Source of the DNA: Muribaculaceae bacterium
GTDB lineage: Bacteria > Bacteroidota > Bacteroidia > Bacteroidales > Muribaculaceae
Assembly: GCA_017624155.1 (NCBI GenBank)
Contig: JAGANS010000072.1
Span: forward strand, 1,962 to 65,961
Reading direction: 5' to 3'
Length of the DNA stretch: 64,000 bases
In this document: in pieces, positions 41,586 to 51,508 of the stretch
How positions within the stretch are numbered: position 1 is the first letter of the stretch
Layout: every line of letters starts with the position of its first letter
The notes under the pieces: model-generated
Database searches by the model: none
Seen by the model: the letters and a program-made list of their open reading frames with translations, nothing else
What the model was told of the DNA's origin: nothing
Position numbers and translations under genes: made by a program

Positions 41586-42884
41586 TTAATTTGCCCAAGG
41601 CACATCATGCTTTTCAATCCATAAACTATAGAATGCACCGTTATAACCATCATACTGAATTCCATATTCTGGATGATCATATTCTTGTCCTTTCGTTAAA
41701 TCAAATACCCCTTCTAGAAAAAAACCATTTGATTTACCGTTTAGTCCCCAATTAAAATGAAGATATCTTACAACATTATCAGTAATTGATCCCAACTTGT
41801 AAGTCCCGTTTTTTAGATCATCAATCACATAATGATAAATTCGTTCACCTTTTAACCATGCTCCATCTGCAATTAGGGCATGCGCCGGAGAGTTCAATGA
41901 AACGTACGCTATACCTTCTCCTTTATTCTTTTCAAATCGATCAGTTAAATCCCTAATATTTGTAATTTCAACATAGAGGAATTTATTGCCTAATGTATTC
42001 TTTAATGCATTACATGCATCATTATCATATACTCCAGTACCATGATCATAATAATCGGCATTAGATCTATTGCCCATTTCCCTAACCAATCTACCAATCA
42101 TCTGATGCGTAGCTATATCTGCATCGCATGTATTAAGATGAGTATCCATTTCTGATTGACTGGGTGAAAGATACGGGAAATATATATGCGACTTTATACT
42201 TTTCCAGTTAAGAGTTTCATTATTTATGGGACAGCCTTCAAATGAATACACAATGGTAGTTGGCATTTCAAAATAAGATAGAATTTCAGTTATTGCCAAA
42301 GGAGCACACCCTGCTATTTTATTGGGGCTATATAAATTAGCAGGCCAGCCCAAGCCCCAACACGTTTCGAGATTCGGGCCTTTTTTTATATTAACGAACA
42401 CTGTCTTATCATATGGCTGGAGTATGGGATCAACACCGATGATACCATTAGCACTCATTTCTCTTTTCACATAATTGGTAGCTTGGCTGATAATAAATTG
42501 AGTCGTTTCATCCGCCAATGCTAATTCATTGTTAATATCGCCTTGTTCAACTACAGCAAGTACTGGCGACACATTTGATGGCACAGAGACTAATACATAT
42601 CCCTCCCCATTATCAAAGTTCACAGCATATACCAAACTGTCTAATGTGCTTCGTGAATGATTATCTGATGTAAAGACATAAACATTCTCTTTATTTATAC
42701 CATAATAACTTCTACCATTATTAGTTGACATTGCCTCAACAGCTATTGTTATGGCGTCATCTACAGTACGCGATTTGTGATAGGTTGAATAATTTGATGA
42801 TTCAAAGTTAAAGTCATCATTTTCTTGCACAGAACAAGAAGAAACAATAAATGATAAGGAAATAAATAAGAATAATTTATTCAT
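41586..42884 (-). CDS. C10 family (streptopain/SpeB-like) cysteine peptidase lipoprotein with an I69-like prodomain
   Basis: Lipobox VSS|C; prodomain VYAVNFDNGEGYVLVS...PVLA; catalytic AGCAPLA, AHALIADG and HFNWG..G.SNGFF. Confidence 0.85.
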   Translation of the reverse strand: MNKLFLFISLSFIVSSCSVQENDDFNFESSNYSTYHKSRTVDDAITIAVEAMSTNNGRSYYGINKENVYVFTSDNHSRSTLDSLVYAVNFDNGEGYVLVSVPSNVSPVLAVVEQGDINNELALADETTQFIISQATNYVKREMSANGIIGVDPILQPYDKTVFVNIKKGPNLETCWGLGWPANLYSPNKIAGCAPLAITEILSYFEMPTTIVYSFEGCPINNETLNWKSIKSHIYFPYLSPSQSEMDTHLNTCDADIATHQMIGRLVREMGNRSNADYYDHGTGVYDNDACNALKNTLGNKFLYVEITNIRDLTDRFEKNKGEGIAYVSLNSPAHALIADGAWLKGERIYHYVIDDLKNGTYKLGSITDNVVRYLHFNWGLNGKSNGFFLEGVFDLTKGQEYDHPEYGIQYDGYNGAFYSLWIEKHDVPWAN

Positions 42885-42988
42885 AATTTTTGATTTGGTT
42901 TATATTTGACTGCAAATATAACAATAAATTTCATATTTTACAACAAAATTAATATTTATTTGACAAAAAACTAAAACCAGCATATAAT

Positions 42989-43014
42989 AAGCCCGCAATC
43001 GAAACTGCGGGCTC
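42989..43014 (-). terminator. Hairpin terminator downstream of the 43037-43858 lipoprotein gene
   Basis: Minus strand reads AGCCCGCAGTTTCGATTGCGGGCT followed by TATTAT. Confidence 0.6.
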
Positions 43015-43036
43015 CGGATTTTTATAGCTTTCAGAG

Positions 43037-43858
43037 TTATTCTTCCTCGGGGACGGGGATTTGGGCGGCGAGCTGGTCGTTGAGGCGGGCGAGCTGACGC
43101 TCAAGCTTCTCGAGGGTGATCTGCAATTTACGCTGACGCTGCAGAGCCTTGGCATAGCGGTCGCTGTTGGCAAAGGCGGCAAGCTGCTTGCCGGTGAGTT
43201 TTACAGATACCTTGCCCTTTGTGCCGACAAGCTCCACTTCGACGGACTTGCCATCGGAAGCATTTATTGCATCGACAACCGGAGCGGCCTGCTCCTGTGT
43301 GAGCGACATTATCTCGGAGCCCTCTACTTCGACCGACTGTGCCGGGGATGTGGTCACACCGCCCACACGCAGCGAATTGAGGCCGATGCGACGACCGGCC
43401 ACATTGGCTACCACAAACATATATCCGTCGGGGTCGACACGCGCCTGCAGGCAGTTGCTGTTCATTTCCTTGCCGGTATAGGCATCCTTGTCGACAAAAT
43501 AGCCCTCGGTACCGGCCACATCTACCTTACGGAACTGCGGCGCGAGCGCCTCGACATCGGCCTGCACCTGCTGCAGCTGCAACTCGTCGGCGGCCAGACT
43601 GTCGCGCGTAAGGTTGGCCAGGGCGGTAAGGCGCACCGATGTGCCGGCCTTGCGCTCGTCGAGGCAGTCGCGGTATTTCTTGTCGAGTGTGTCGAGCACC
43701 ACTATGGCAGAGTCGTAGTTGCGGGCATCGACCAAGGCCTGAGCCTTAACGAGCAATTCGCCGGCGGCCTCGCGGCGGCTGTTATCGCCGCAACCTGCGG
43801 CGGATATGGCCAGTATCAGGGCTATGGCTGCCCCGGTGAGCTTATGTGCGCTGTACAT
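43037..43858 (-). CDS. Hypothetical lipoprotein with coiled-coil ends
   Basis: Lipobox AAG|C; overlaps the 3' end of the RelA/SpoT gene; host-like codon usage. Confidence 0.75.
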   Translation of the reverse strand: MYSAHKLTGAAIALILAISAAGCGDNSRREAAGELLVKAQALVDARNYDSAIVVLDTLDKKYRDCLDERKAGTSVRLTALANLTRDSLAADELQLQQVQADVEALAPQFRKVDVAGTEGYFVDKDAYTGKEMNSNCLQARVDPDGYMFVVANVAGRRIGLNSLRVGGVTTSPAQSVEVEGSEIMSLTQEQAAPVVDAINASDGKSVEVELVGTKGKVSVKLTGKQLAAFANSDRYAKALQRQRKLQITLEKLERQLARLNDQLAAQIPVPEEE

Positions 43859-46052
43859 CTTTTACTCCTTTCACGGTTTTTAGTTTTCGGATAAGCTGGT
43901 TTAGCGACTCCTGATTCTCGATGCCCACAACAACATAGCCCTGGAACAGGCCGTCGTGACTTTCTATCGAGATATTGCGGAGCGAAGTCGATTTCTCCTT
44001 ATTAATTATTGAGGTTATATTGGTGACTATACCTATATCATCGCGGCCCACTATACGCAGAGTGGCGCCAAACTGAGCGCCGATCTTACCGCTCCACCGG
44101 GTATTGATCACGCGATAAGGATAGCGGCGCCTGATATTGGCAGCATTGGGACAGTCGGCGCGATGTATCTTGATTACGCCCTCGGCTGAGATGAAGCCGA
44201 ACACATCGTCGCCATAGATCGGATTGCAGCAGCGGGCCAGGCGATAGTTGATTCCCTTGATGCCCTCGCCTATCACCACCACATCGCTGTCGGTGGCGTT
44301 GCCGTCGGCATCGGCTGTCGGTGGCTGCATCACGTATGTGTCGGCCGACACATTGCGGGTACCCTCGGTGGCCTTGCGCTCCATATCGAGCCAGGTTTCT
44401 ATCACATCGTTCACCTCGAGCTTCTCGCCGGCAATATCGGTGTAGAAATCGGTGATATTCTTATATCCGAGTTTTTTCGCCACTTTGGATATGGCGGCGT
44501 CATCAAGCTCCACTTTGCGGTTTTTACAACGGCGCTGCAGCATCTCTTTGCCGAGGTCGCCGGCACGACTCTCTATTTCTTTGAGCGTGACGCGGATCTT
44601 GTTGCGTGCCTTTGAGGTGGTGACAAAGTTGAGCCAGTCCTGCTTGGGCTGCTGCGAGGGCGAACTCATTATTTCTACAGTGTCGCCGCTCACGAGGCGG
44701 TAATTGATCTTCTGGTTCTTGCCGTTGACACGTCCGCCGGTACAATGCGCGCCGAGATTGGTATGTATCATGAACGCGAAGTCGAGCAATGTAGCGCCGA
44801 GCGGCAGGTTGTACAGGTCGCCGCGGGGAGTGAACACAAATACCTCCTTGTCGTAGACATCCATGCGCATATTGCGCATCAGCTGGAGCGGGCCTGAGTC
44901 GGCTGTCTCCAGAATATCGCGTACATTATTCATCCACTGGTCGAGGCCGCCCTCACTCTTTATGCCCTTATATTTCCAGTGGGCCGCCAGGCCCTTTTCA
45001 GCGATGAGGTCCATGCGGCGGGTGCGTATCTGCACCTCCACCCAGCGGTTGGCGGGTCCTTTCACGGTGATATGCAGAGATTCGTAGCCGTTGGACTTGG
45101 GGATGGAAATCCAGTCCTTCATGCGCGATGGATTGGGTGTGAACATATCGGTGATGAGCGAGTATGCAAGCCAGCAGTCGCTCTTTTCCTTCACACCCTC
45201 AGAATCGAGCACGATGCGTATGGCAAAGAGGTCGTAGATGCCGTCGAGGTCATTCTTCTGCTTCTTCATCTTGTTCCAGATGGAGTAGATCGACTTAGTA
45301 CGGCCCTTGATCTCGAATCTGAGTCCGGCTTCCTCAAGCTTCTTCTTCACCGGAGCTATGAAGTCGGCTATATAGGCGTCGCGCGATGTCTTCGTCTCGT
45401 TGAGCTTACGGGCGATGCGAGTGTAGATGTCGCGGTTGTTGTATTTGAGCGACATATCTTCGAGTTCGCGCTTTATTGCATACAGACCCAGGCGGTGGGC
45501 CAGTGGAGCATAGAGATAGTTGGCCTCCAGCGCCACCTCGCTCACATGCCGCTGATCCGGATGATGGTTGATGGCTTTCATAAGCACGAAGCGGTCGACT
45601 ATCATCAGGATAATCACTCGGATATCCTCGGCAAAGGTGAGCAACAGGTTGCGGAAATTCTCCGACTGCACCGACGGAGCCTTGGCATAAAGCTCCGACA
45701 CCTTGATCAGGCCACCTACCAGGCGCGCCACATCCTCGCCCCACTCTGCCTCGAGACTTTCGCGGTCGCGGAATCCGTGACGGCAGGGATTGAATAATAG
45801 CATCGCGATAGTCATGTTGCGGTCGGGCGCTATCTGCTCGCACAGTGCCAGGGCGGTGTCGAGGCTGCGCCATACGGGATTGACACCGAAGCTATCGCGG
45901 TGCAGAAAGCCTCCGCGCACAGCCTCGGCAATATCATGCCGCAGGCGTCCGATATCAGCCGGCGTCACATTATCGCCAAGACGACGCATCAATTTACGGT
46001 ATGTACCGGCTATATGCGCCCTCTCTTCATCGGTGAATGTCAGTACCTCCAT
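43842..46052 (-). CDS. relA: Long RelA/SpoT homologue ((p)ppGpp synthetase) with a degenerate HD hydrolase domain, plus TGS and ACT domains
   Basis: YAPLAHRLG, GRTKSIYSI, DLFAIR, PKSNGYESLH, EVQIRT and VFTPRG; MLLFNP replaces LLHD; ATG at 46052. Confidence 0.88.
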   Translation of the reverse strand: MEVLTFTDEERAHIAGTYRKLMRRLGDNVTPADIGRLRHDIAEAVRGGFLHRDSFGVNPVWRSLDTALALCEQIAPDRNMTIAMLLFNPCRHGFRDRESLEAEWGEDVARLVGGLIKVSELYAKAPSVQSENFRNLLLTFAEDIRVIILMIVDRFVLMKAINHHPDQRHVSEVALEANYLYAPLAHRLGLYAIKRELEDMSLKYNNRDIYTRIARKLNETKTSRDAYIADFIAPVKKKLEEAGLRFEIKGRTKSIYSIWNKMKKQKNDLDGIYDLFAIRIVLDSEGVKEKSDCWLAYSLITDMFTPNPSRMKDWISIPKSNGYESLHITVKGPANRWVEVQIRTRRMDLIAEKGLAAHWKYKGIKSEGGLDQWMNNVRDILETADSGPLQLMRNMRMDVYDKEVFVFTPRGDLYNLPLGATLLDFAFMIHTNLGAHCTGGRVNGKNQKINYRLVSGDTVEIMSSPSQQPKQDWLNFVTTSKARNKIRVTLKEIESRAGDLGKEMLQRRCKNRKVELDDAAISKVAKKLGYKNITDFYTDIAGEKLEVNDVIETWLDMERKATEGTRNVSADTYVMQPPTADADGNATDSDVVVIGEGIKGINYRLARCCNPIYGDDVFGFISAEGVIKIHRADCPNAANIRRRYPYRVINTRWSGKIGAQFGATLRIVGRDDIGIVTNITSIINKEKSTSLRNISIESHDGLFQGYVVVGIENQESLNQLIRKLKTVKGVKDVQRT

Positions 46053-46084
46053 AGTGCAAATCTTAGAAATTGAATCCGGAAACG

Positions 46085-46123
46085 AAAAAAATACGGGCCG
46101 CCGGCGGCTCGGCGCCGGCGGCC
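46085..46123 (-). terminator. Intrinsic terminator between the DUF5606-like gene and relA
   Basis: 11-bp GC stem GGCCGCCGGCG/CGCCGGCGGCC followed on the minus strand by CGTATTTTTTT. Confidence 0.75.
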
Positions 46124-46130
46124 TCATGGC

Positions 46131-46583
46131 TTATTCAGCCGCGGGAGCCTCGGCCTCAGCAGCATCTTCGGCGGATTTCTGCGCCGACTGCATCTCCTCC
46201 TTGAAGTCGGTGATACCGGCCTCAAGCAGCAGATTGTACCACTGAAAGAGCTTACGGATGTCGGAATCGTGCACACGGTCGCGGTCGAAGTCGGGCAGCA
46301 CCTCACCGAAGAATTCGCGCATGGCGCTGTCATTGGCAAAAGCCTTTACATCAACCGGCTTGCACTCGGTCTTGGCCTTGACAAGCTCGAGCACGTCGGC
46401 CAGTGGGATATCGTCGCCCGTAGTATACATGGCGATATCACCGAGCGACATCACTTTGTCTCGTGCATAGGCAGGCATACGCTTACCGTTGGCTATCGAT
46501 TCTACAATCAGCATATTACGGCCCTGGCTCACCAGGCGATAGAGGCCGGGCTTGCCGGCTATTGACAGGATAGTCTTTATCAT
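46131..46583 (-). CDS. Conserved Bacteroidota protein (DUF5606-like)
   Basis: ILSIAGKPGLYRL...SLGDIAMYT...LPDFDRDRVH.SDI.KL..WYN.L. Confidence 0.8.
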   Translation of the reverse strand: MIKTILSIAGKPGLYRLVSQGRNMLIVESIANGKRMPAYARDKVMSLGDIAMYTTGDDIPLADVLELVKAKTECKPVDVKAFANDSAMREFFGEVLPDFDRDRVHDSDIRKLFQWYNLLLEAGITDFKEEMQSAQKSAEDAAEAEAPAAE

Positions 46584-46688
46584 TGCGGATATATCTATTG
46601 TTTATTTTTCCGCAAATTTACAAAATAAAGTGTAAACAAAGGGTTAAATTTCGTAACTTTGTAGCTCGAACAGGTAAATTGAATTCCA

Positions 46689-47234
46689 ATGTGGCTATTT
46701 TTCAAACATCTCATACAACTGCTGCTGTCGCCGTCGCGTGGCTGGGAGGACATCTCCGAAGCCGGCCGCTCCGTCGATGATATCCGACGCACTGGCTATT
46801 ATCCGCTTATCGGCATCACGGCTCTGTCCGAGTTCCTGCGTCTGCTCTACGGCAACAGTCCGTCGGTTGTCGACCTGCTGCTGTCGGCCATCGCCGTGGC
46901 CGGCACGATGTTTGCCTCAATGTACCTCGGCAGGCTGTTGCTCGACATGACACTGCCAAAGTGCACCGACGGACACTTCAACCCTACCAAAGTCGACTGC
47001 TTCACAACATACCTGCTTGGCATCGACTGCCTGTTCCTGATATTCGCCAACGCCATGCCCGCACACATGACGTTTGTAAACTTTCTGCCACTGCTGTCGT
47101 TGATCATAATATTCAAGGCGACACAGTATCTCGACATCCGCGAGGATTCGCGCCTCAATTTCACCATACTGGCTATCATTGCCGTTATCGTGATTCCTAT
47201 TGCGCTGGGCTCGCTCCTCCTACTCTTTATCTGA
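46689..47234 (+). CDS. Membrane protein, Yip1-like
   Basis: LLLSPSRGWEDI followed by about 5 hydrophobic segments; first gene of the smpB operon. Confidence 0.65.
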   Translation: MWLFFKHLIQLLLSPSRGWEDISEAGRSVDDIRRTGYYPLIGITALSEFLRLLYGNSPSVVDLLLSAIAVAGTMFASMYLGRLLLDMTLPKCTDGHFNPTKVDCFTTYLLGIDCLFLIFANAMPAHMTFVNFLPLLSLIIIFKATQYLDIREDSRLNFTILAIIAVIVIPIALGSLLLLFI

Positions 47235-47240
47235 CACACT

Positions 47241-47705
47241 ATGGCACAGAAACTTAAATTCAAGGAAATAAATATCAAGAACCGGCGCGCCACATTCGAC
47301 TACGCCATCACCGACACATACACGGCCGGCATAGTGCTCACGGGCACCGAAATAAAATCGATACGCATGGGTAAAGCCTCACTCGTCGACACGTTCTGCT
47401 ACATCAACGACGGCGAGGTGTGGGTCAAGAATATGTACATTGCCGAATACTTCTACGGCACTTACAACAACCATACCGAGCGCCGTGACCGCAAACTGCT
47501 GCTCAACCGCAAGGAAATTCGCGAACTGCGCAAAGACAGCGAATCGCCGGGCTACACCATCGTACCCCTGCGCCTGTTCATATCGCAGAAAGGCTATGCC
47601 AAGCTCGTCATCGGCGTAGCTAAAGGCAAGAAGGAATACGACAAGCGACAGTCGATCAAGGAACGCGATGACAAGCGCGAACTGGCCCGCGCATTTATGA
47701 AATGA
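47241..47705 (+). CDS. smpB: SsrA-binding protein SmpB
   Basis: [25 protein letters not shown] and GKKEYDKR. Confidence 0.97.
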   Translation: MAQKLKFKEINIKNRRATFDYAITDTYTAGIVLTGTEIKSIRMGKASLVDTFCYINDGEVWVKNMYIAEYFYGTYNNHTERRDRKLLLNRKEIRELRKDSESPGYTIVPLRLFISQKGYAKLVIGVAKGKKEYDKRQSIKERDDKRELARAFMK

Positions 47706-48964
47706 AAGACGTCTTCATAAGCTACAGCCGCAAGGATTCTGTGACCGCCGACCGTATCTGTGCAGCCCTTGACCGCGCAGGTATCTCATACTTCATTGAC
47801 CGCAGGGGCATCGGCGGCGGCATGGAATTTCCCGAGGTGCTCGCGCAGGCAATAGTCGACTGCCGTGTGTTCCTGTTCCTTGCAAGCGCCAATTCATACA
47901 AGTCGCGATTTACCAACAACGAGGTAACCTTTGCCTTCAACCGCAAGCCCAAGAACTGTCTGCTGCCATATATCATCGACGGCTCGGAAATGCCTCTTAG
48001 CCTCGACTTCACATTTGCCGGCATCAACCGCCGCAACATCAGCGAGCACCCAGTCGACACCGTGCTCATCGATGACATTCTGAATATGCTCGGCCGCAAA
48101 CGCACAAACGCCGGGGCCACGGCTACTCAGCGCGACATCACTGTAGCATACGTCAAGGACAACTATCTATATATAGTCTTCGCATACACGGGCAAACGCA
48201 TCAAGCTTAATCTTGAGAGTCTGGCCGGTCTTTCAACCCAAAATCTCATAAACCGTCTCAACGACATATCGCCCGCCGGCGACATCACTCCGTCGGACCA
48301 TTTTCCAGGCCTCGCATATTGCCGGCAACACGCAGCCGACACCCTCGTAAGCGCCGACTATGTATATCTCATCTGCCACAATACCGACGGCAAAGCCTAC
48401 GGCGAAGCTTACGCACAGAAAGACACGATTAAAAATCCACGGCTACGCATCAGCTATGCCTCATCGCTGTGTGCCTTTGCCGACACCTGCCTGATAAAAG
48501 CAGAGACACAAAAGGTACTGGTTTATGGCGACGAGGCCGTAAGACTTGAAGCAGGTGACGGCGTCGTGGAGATACAGCAAGTCTACACGACCGGAGCCCC
48601 TGCGCCTCTGAGTCTCAGCACACTATTCAAGGGCATTGCGCTGCAACACTGTATAGCCGCAGGTATCGCAGGCAACAGCATTCTGCTCGACATCATCGGA
48701 TTTGACCTCAAACTGCGGATATTCGACAACGACAAACTCACCGAAGAAATACAGCTCATTGACAAAGACGCGTGTATACCCTCGCGCAGCACATGCGATA
48801 TTGAATGCCGTGATTTTCCACAAATACGACTGTATGCCGACGATTGTATGCTGCGCGACTCTCTGGCCATACCGGGCAATGGCAAAGTCAGCTTCGCAGT
48901 CGATACGGCACGCGACATTAAAGGCGGATTCGACGGCCGCCACGGCCACATAGACCTACTGTGA
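47702..48964 (+). CDS. TIR-domain protein with a C-terminal degenerate Hsp70/DnaK-like region
   Basis: TIR: [10 protein letters not shown]...FID...[14 protein letters not shown] (Glu74). C-terminal colinear DnaK-like segments [20 protein letters not shown]...ILLDII and [16 protein letters not shown] overlap with smpB. Confidence 0.8.
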   Translation: MKDVFISYSRKDSVTADRICAALDRAGISYFIDRRGIGGGMEFPEVLAQAIVDCRVFLFLASANSYKSRFTNNEVTFAFNRKPKNCLLPYIIDGSEMPLSLDFTFAGINRRNISEHPVDTVLIDDILNMLGRKRTNAGATATQRDITVAYVKDNYLYIVFAYTGKRIKLNLESLAGLSTQNLINRLNDISPAGDITPSDHFPGLAYCRQHAADTLVSADYVYLICHNTDGKAYGEAYAQKDTIKNPRLRISYASSLCAFADTCLIKAETQKVLVYGDEAVRLEAGDGVVEIQQVYTTGAPAPLSLSTLFKGIALQHCIAAGIAGNSILLDIIGFDLKLRIFDNDKLTEEIQLIDKDACIPSRSTCDIECRDFPQIRLYADDCMLRDSLAIPGNGKVSFAVDTARDIKGGFDGRHGHIDLL

Positions 48965-49084
48965 CAATTTATACACCGTTTTCAGAATACGAGGCCTCCT
49001 AATTTCAGCAAAATTAAAAAGCCGCTCTCGTATTTTTTTATTAACTTTGCATCACTGACTAACCATAACCTCACATATCGAATC

Positions 49085-50098
49085 ATGAACTTATTCGAAA
49101 CCCTGACTCAGAAAGCTAAGTCACAGCGCCAGCGCATCGTGCTCCCCGAGGGCACTGAGTCGCGCACTCTCAAAGCCGCCGACAAGATACTCGCCGACGA
49201 CATCGCGGACATTATCCTCATCGGCGATCCCGAAGAAATCAAGCGCATGGCCATTGAGATGGGCCTCACCCACATCCTCAAGGCCACTATCATCAACCCC
49301 AACGACAACCATGTCATAGATCGCTACGCCCCGCTGCTCTACGAGCTCCGCAAGCACAAAGGCATGACCGAGGAGCAGAGCCGCCTTACAGCCGCCAACC
49401 CCCTCTTCCTGGGATGCCTGATGGTTAAAGCCGGCGATGCAGACGGCGAGGTGGCAGGCGCACAAAATACCACCGGCAACGTGCTCCGCGCCGCATTTCA
49501 GGTTATCAAGACCCGTCCGGGTATCAACGTCGTGTCGGGCGCCTTCCTGATGCTTCTTCCTCAGGGACTTCCCTATGGCGAGAACGGCGTCCTCGTATTT
49601 GCCGACTGCGCAGTTGTGCCTGATCCCGATGCACGCGAGCTCGCCCAGATCGCCATCTGCTCGGCTCAGACAGCCCGCGACCTCGTGGGCGTACAGCCCC
49701 GTGTGGCCATGCTCTCGTTCTCGACCAAGGGTTCGGCAAAGCACGAGCGCGTCGACAAAGTAATCGAGGCTACAAAGATCGCCCACGAGATGGATCCCAA
49801 CCTCCTCCTCGACGGCGAACTTCAGGCCGATGCAGCCATCGTGCCGTCCGTCGCCCATAAGAAAGCTCCCGAAAGCACTCTCAGCGGCAAGGCCAACGTC
49901 CTCGTCTTCCCCTCTCTCGAAGTAGGCAATATCGCCTACAAGCTCGTACAGCGTATCGGCGGTGTAGAGGCCATCGGCCCCATTCTTCAGGGCCTTGCAG
50001 CCCCGGTGAGCGACCTCTCGCGCGGCTGCTTCCCCGAGGACATCTACAAGACAATTATCCTTACCTGCTGTCAGGCTATCGGCTCAAAGCAGAAATAA
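49085..50098 (+). CDS. pta: Phosphate acetyltransferase
   Basis: IVLPEG, FADCAV, LSFSTKGSA, DGELQADAA and GPILQG...DLSRGC; -7 TAACTTTG at 49042-49049. Confidence 0.96.
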   Translation: MNLFETLTQKAKSQRQRIVLPEGTESRTLKAADKILADDIADIILIGDPEEIKRMAIEMGLTHILKATIINPNDNHVIDRYAPLLYELRKHKGMTEEQSRLTAANPLFLGCLMVKAGDADGEVAGAQNTTGNVLRAAFQVIKTRPGINVVSGAFLMLLPQGLPYGENGVLVFADCAVVPDPDARELAQIAICSAQTARDLVGVQPRVAMLSFSTKGSAKHERVDKVIEATKIAHEMDPNLLLDGELQADAAIVPSVAHKKAPESTLSGKANVLVFPSLEVGNIAYKLVQRIGGVEAIGPILQGLAAPVSDLSRGCFPEDIYKTIILTCCQAIGSKQK

Positions 50099-50116
50099 CT
50101 CACTATACGACCAATC

Positions 50117-51313
50117 ATGAAAATCCTCGTAATAAATTCGGGCAGCAGCTCGGTAAAATACAAGCTCATCGACACTACCACCGAGCAGACTCTCGCCGAA
50201 GGCGGAGTTGAGAAGATCGGCCTTGCCGACGGGTTCCTCAAATACAAACGCAAGGACGGATCCAAAGCCATTCTCGAACTCGGGCTCACCGACCACAAGG
50301 GTTCTATCCAGGCCATCCTCAACATGCTCACCGATCCCAACGAAGGCTGCATCAAGAGCTATGACGAGATTGATGCCGTAGGCCATCGCGTGGTACACGG
50401 CGCCGAGAAGTTCACCGAGAGCGTGGTAATCACCGACGAAGTGAAGGACATGATCCGCCAGTGCTACGACCTCGCACCCCTCCACAATCCAGCCAACATG
50501 ACAGGTATCGAAGCTATCACAGCACTCATGCCCGATGTGCCTCAGGTAGGCGTATTCGACACCGCGTTCCACCAGACGATGCCCCCCAAGGCATTCATGT
50601 ATGCCCTCCCATATAATTTTTATAAGGAAGACGGCGTGCGCCGCTACGGCTTCCACGGCACCAGTCACCGCTATGTATCGCAGCGCGTGTGTGAGTTCCT
50701 CAATGTGGACATCACCAAGCAGCGTATCATCACCTGCCACGTGGGCAACGGCGGCTCGATCACAGCCGTAAAGTATGGCAAGAGTATCGATACATCCATG
50801 GGCCTCACTCCCACCGAAGGCCTCATGATGGGCACACGTGTGGGCGACGTCGATCCCGGCGCCCTCACATTCCTCATGCTCAAACACCATCTCACACCCG
50901 AGCAACTGCAGACAATCATCAACAAGCAGAGCGGCATGGCCGGCGTCACCGAGATTTCGAGCGACATGCGCGAAATTGAGGCAGCCGTCAACGCAGGCAA
51001 CGAGCGCGCCAAACTCGGCCTCGACATGTACGAGCTCCGTATCACCAAGTATATCGGTGCGTACGCAGCCGAGATGGGCGGTGTCGATATAATCGTCTTC
51101 ACCGGCGGTGTTGGCGAGAATCAGACAGGTCTACGCTCAGACGTATGTGCCCCCCTCGCATTCATGGGCGTGGAGATCGATGCCGAGGCCAACAAGGTAC
51201 GCGGTGAGGAAGCACTTATATCCACACCGTCATCGCGTGTCAAAGTATGCGTCATACCCACCGACGAAGAACTGATGATCGCCCGCGATACCGAGGCCCT
51301 CGTGAAAAAGTAA
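50117..51313 (+). CDS. ackA: Acetate kinase
   Basis: VINSGSSSVK, GHRVVHG, APLHN, FDTAFH, YGFHGTSH and TDEE. Confidence 0.97.
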   Translation: MKILVINSGSSSVKYKLIDTTTEQTLAEGGVEKIGLADGFLKYKRKDGSKAILELGLTDHKGSIQAILNMLTDPNEGCIKSYDEIDAVGHRVVHGAEKFTESVVITDEVKDMIRQCYDLAPLHNPANMTGIEAITALMPDVPQVGVFDTAFHQTMPPKAFMYALPYNFYKEDGVRRYGFHGTSHRYVSQRVCEFLNVDITKQRIITCHVGNGGSITAVKYGKSIDTSMGLTPTEGLMMGTRVGDVDPGALTFLMLKHHLTPEQLQTIINKQSGMAGVTEISSDMREIEAAVNAGNERAKLGLDMYELRITKYIGAYAAEMGGVDIIVFTGGVGENQTGLRSDVCAPLAFMGVEIDAEANKVRGEEALISTPSSRVKVCVIPTDEELMIARDTEALVKK

Positions 51314-51337
51314 CACAACACCCATACATATCCACCG

Positions 51338-51367
51338 AGCCCGGAGCACATACCTCCGGGCTTTTTT
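51338..51367 (+). terminator. Intrinsic terminator of pta-ackA
   Basis: AGCCCGGAG-CACATAC-CTCCGGGCT-TTTTT. Confidence 0.85.
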
Positions 51368-51508
51368 GTGGCCACTTCCGACTAAAAAAGCCCTTTCGCA
51401 CAACATACTCCCCCTATTTTTCGTTAAAGTAGCATTATATCCATTGCCGGATGAAAAAAAAATATTAACTTTGCACGTTTTAGCATCTATTCGGTATACA
51501 AACGAGAA

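Noticed and set aside
43842-46052. Missing HD motif in the RelA/SpoT homologue as a novelty
   Set aside because: Synthetase-only long RSH paralogues are already known, including in Bacteroidota.
46590-49084. tmRNA (ssrA) or a prophage attachment site near smpB
   Set aside because: The intergenic gaps are about 100-120 nt, too short for tmRNA, with no tRNA-like ends and no integrase.
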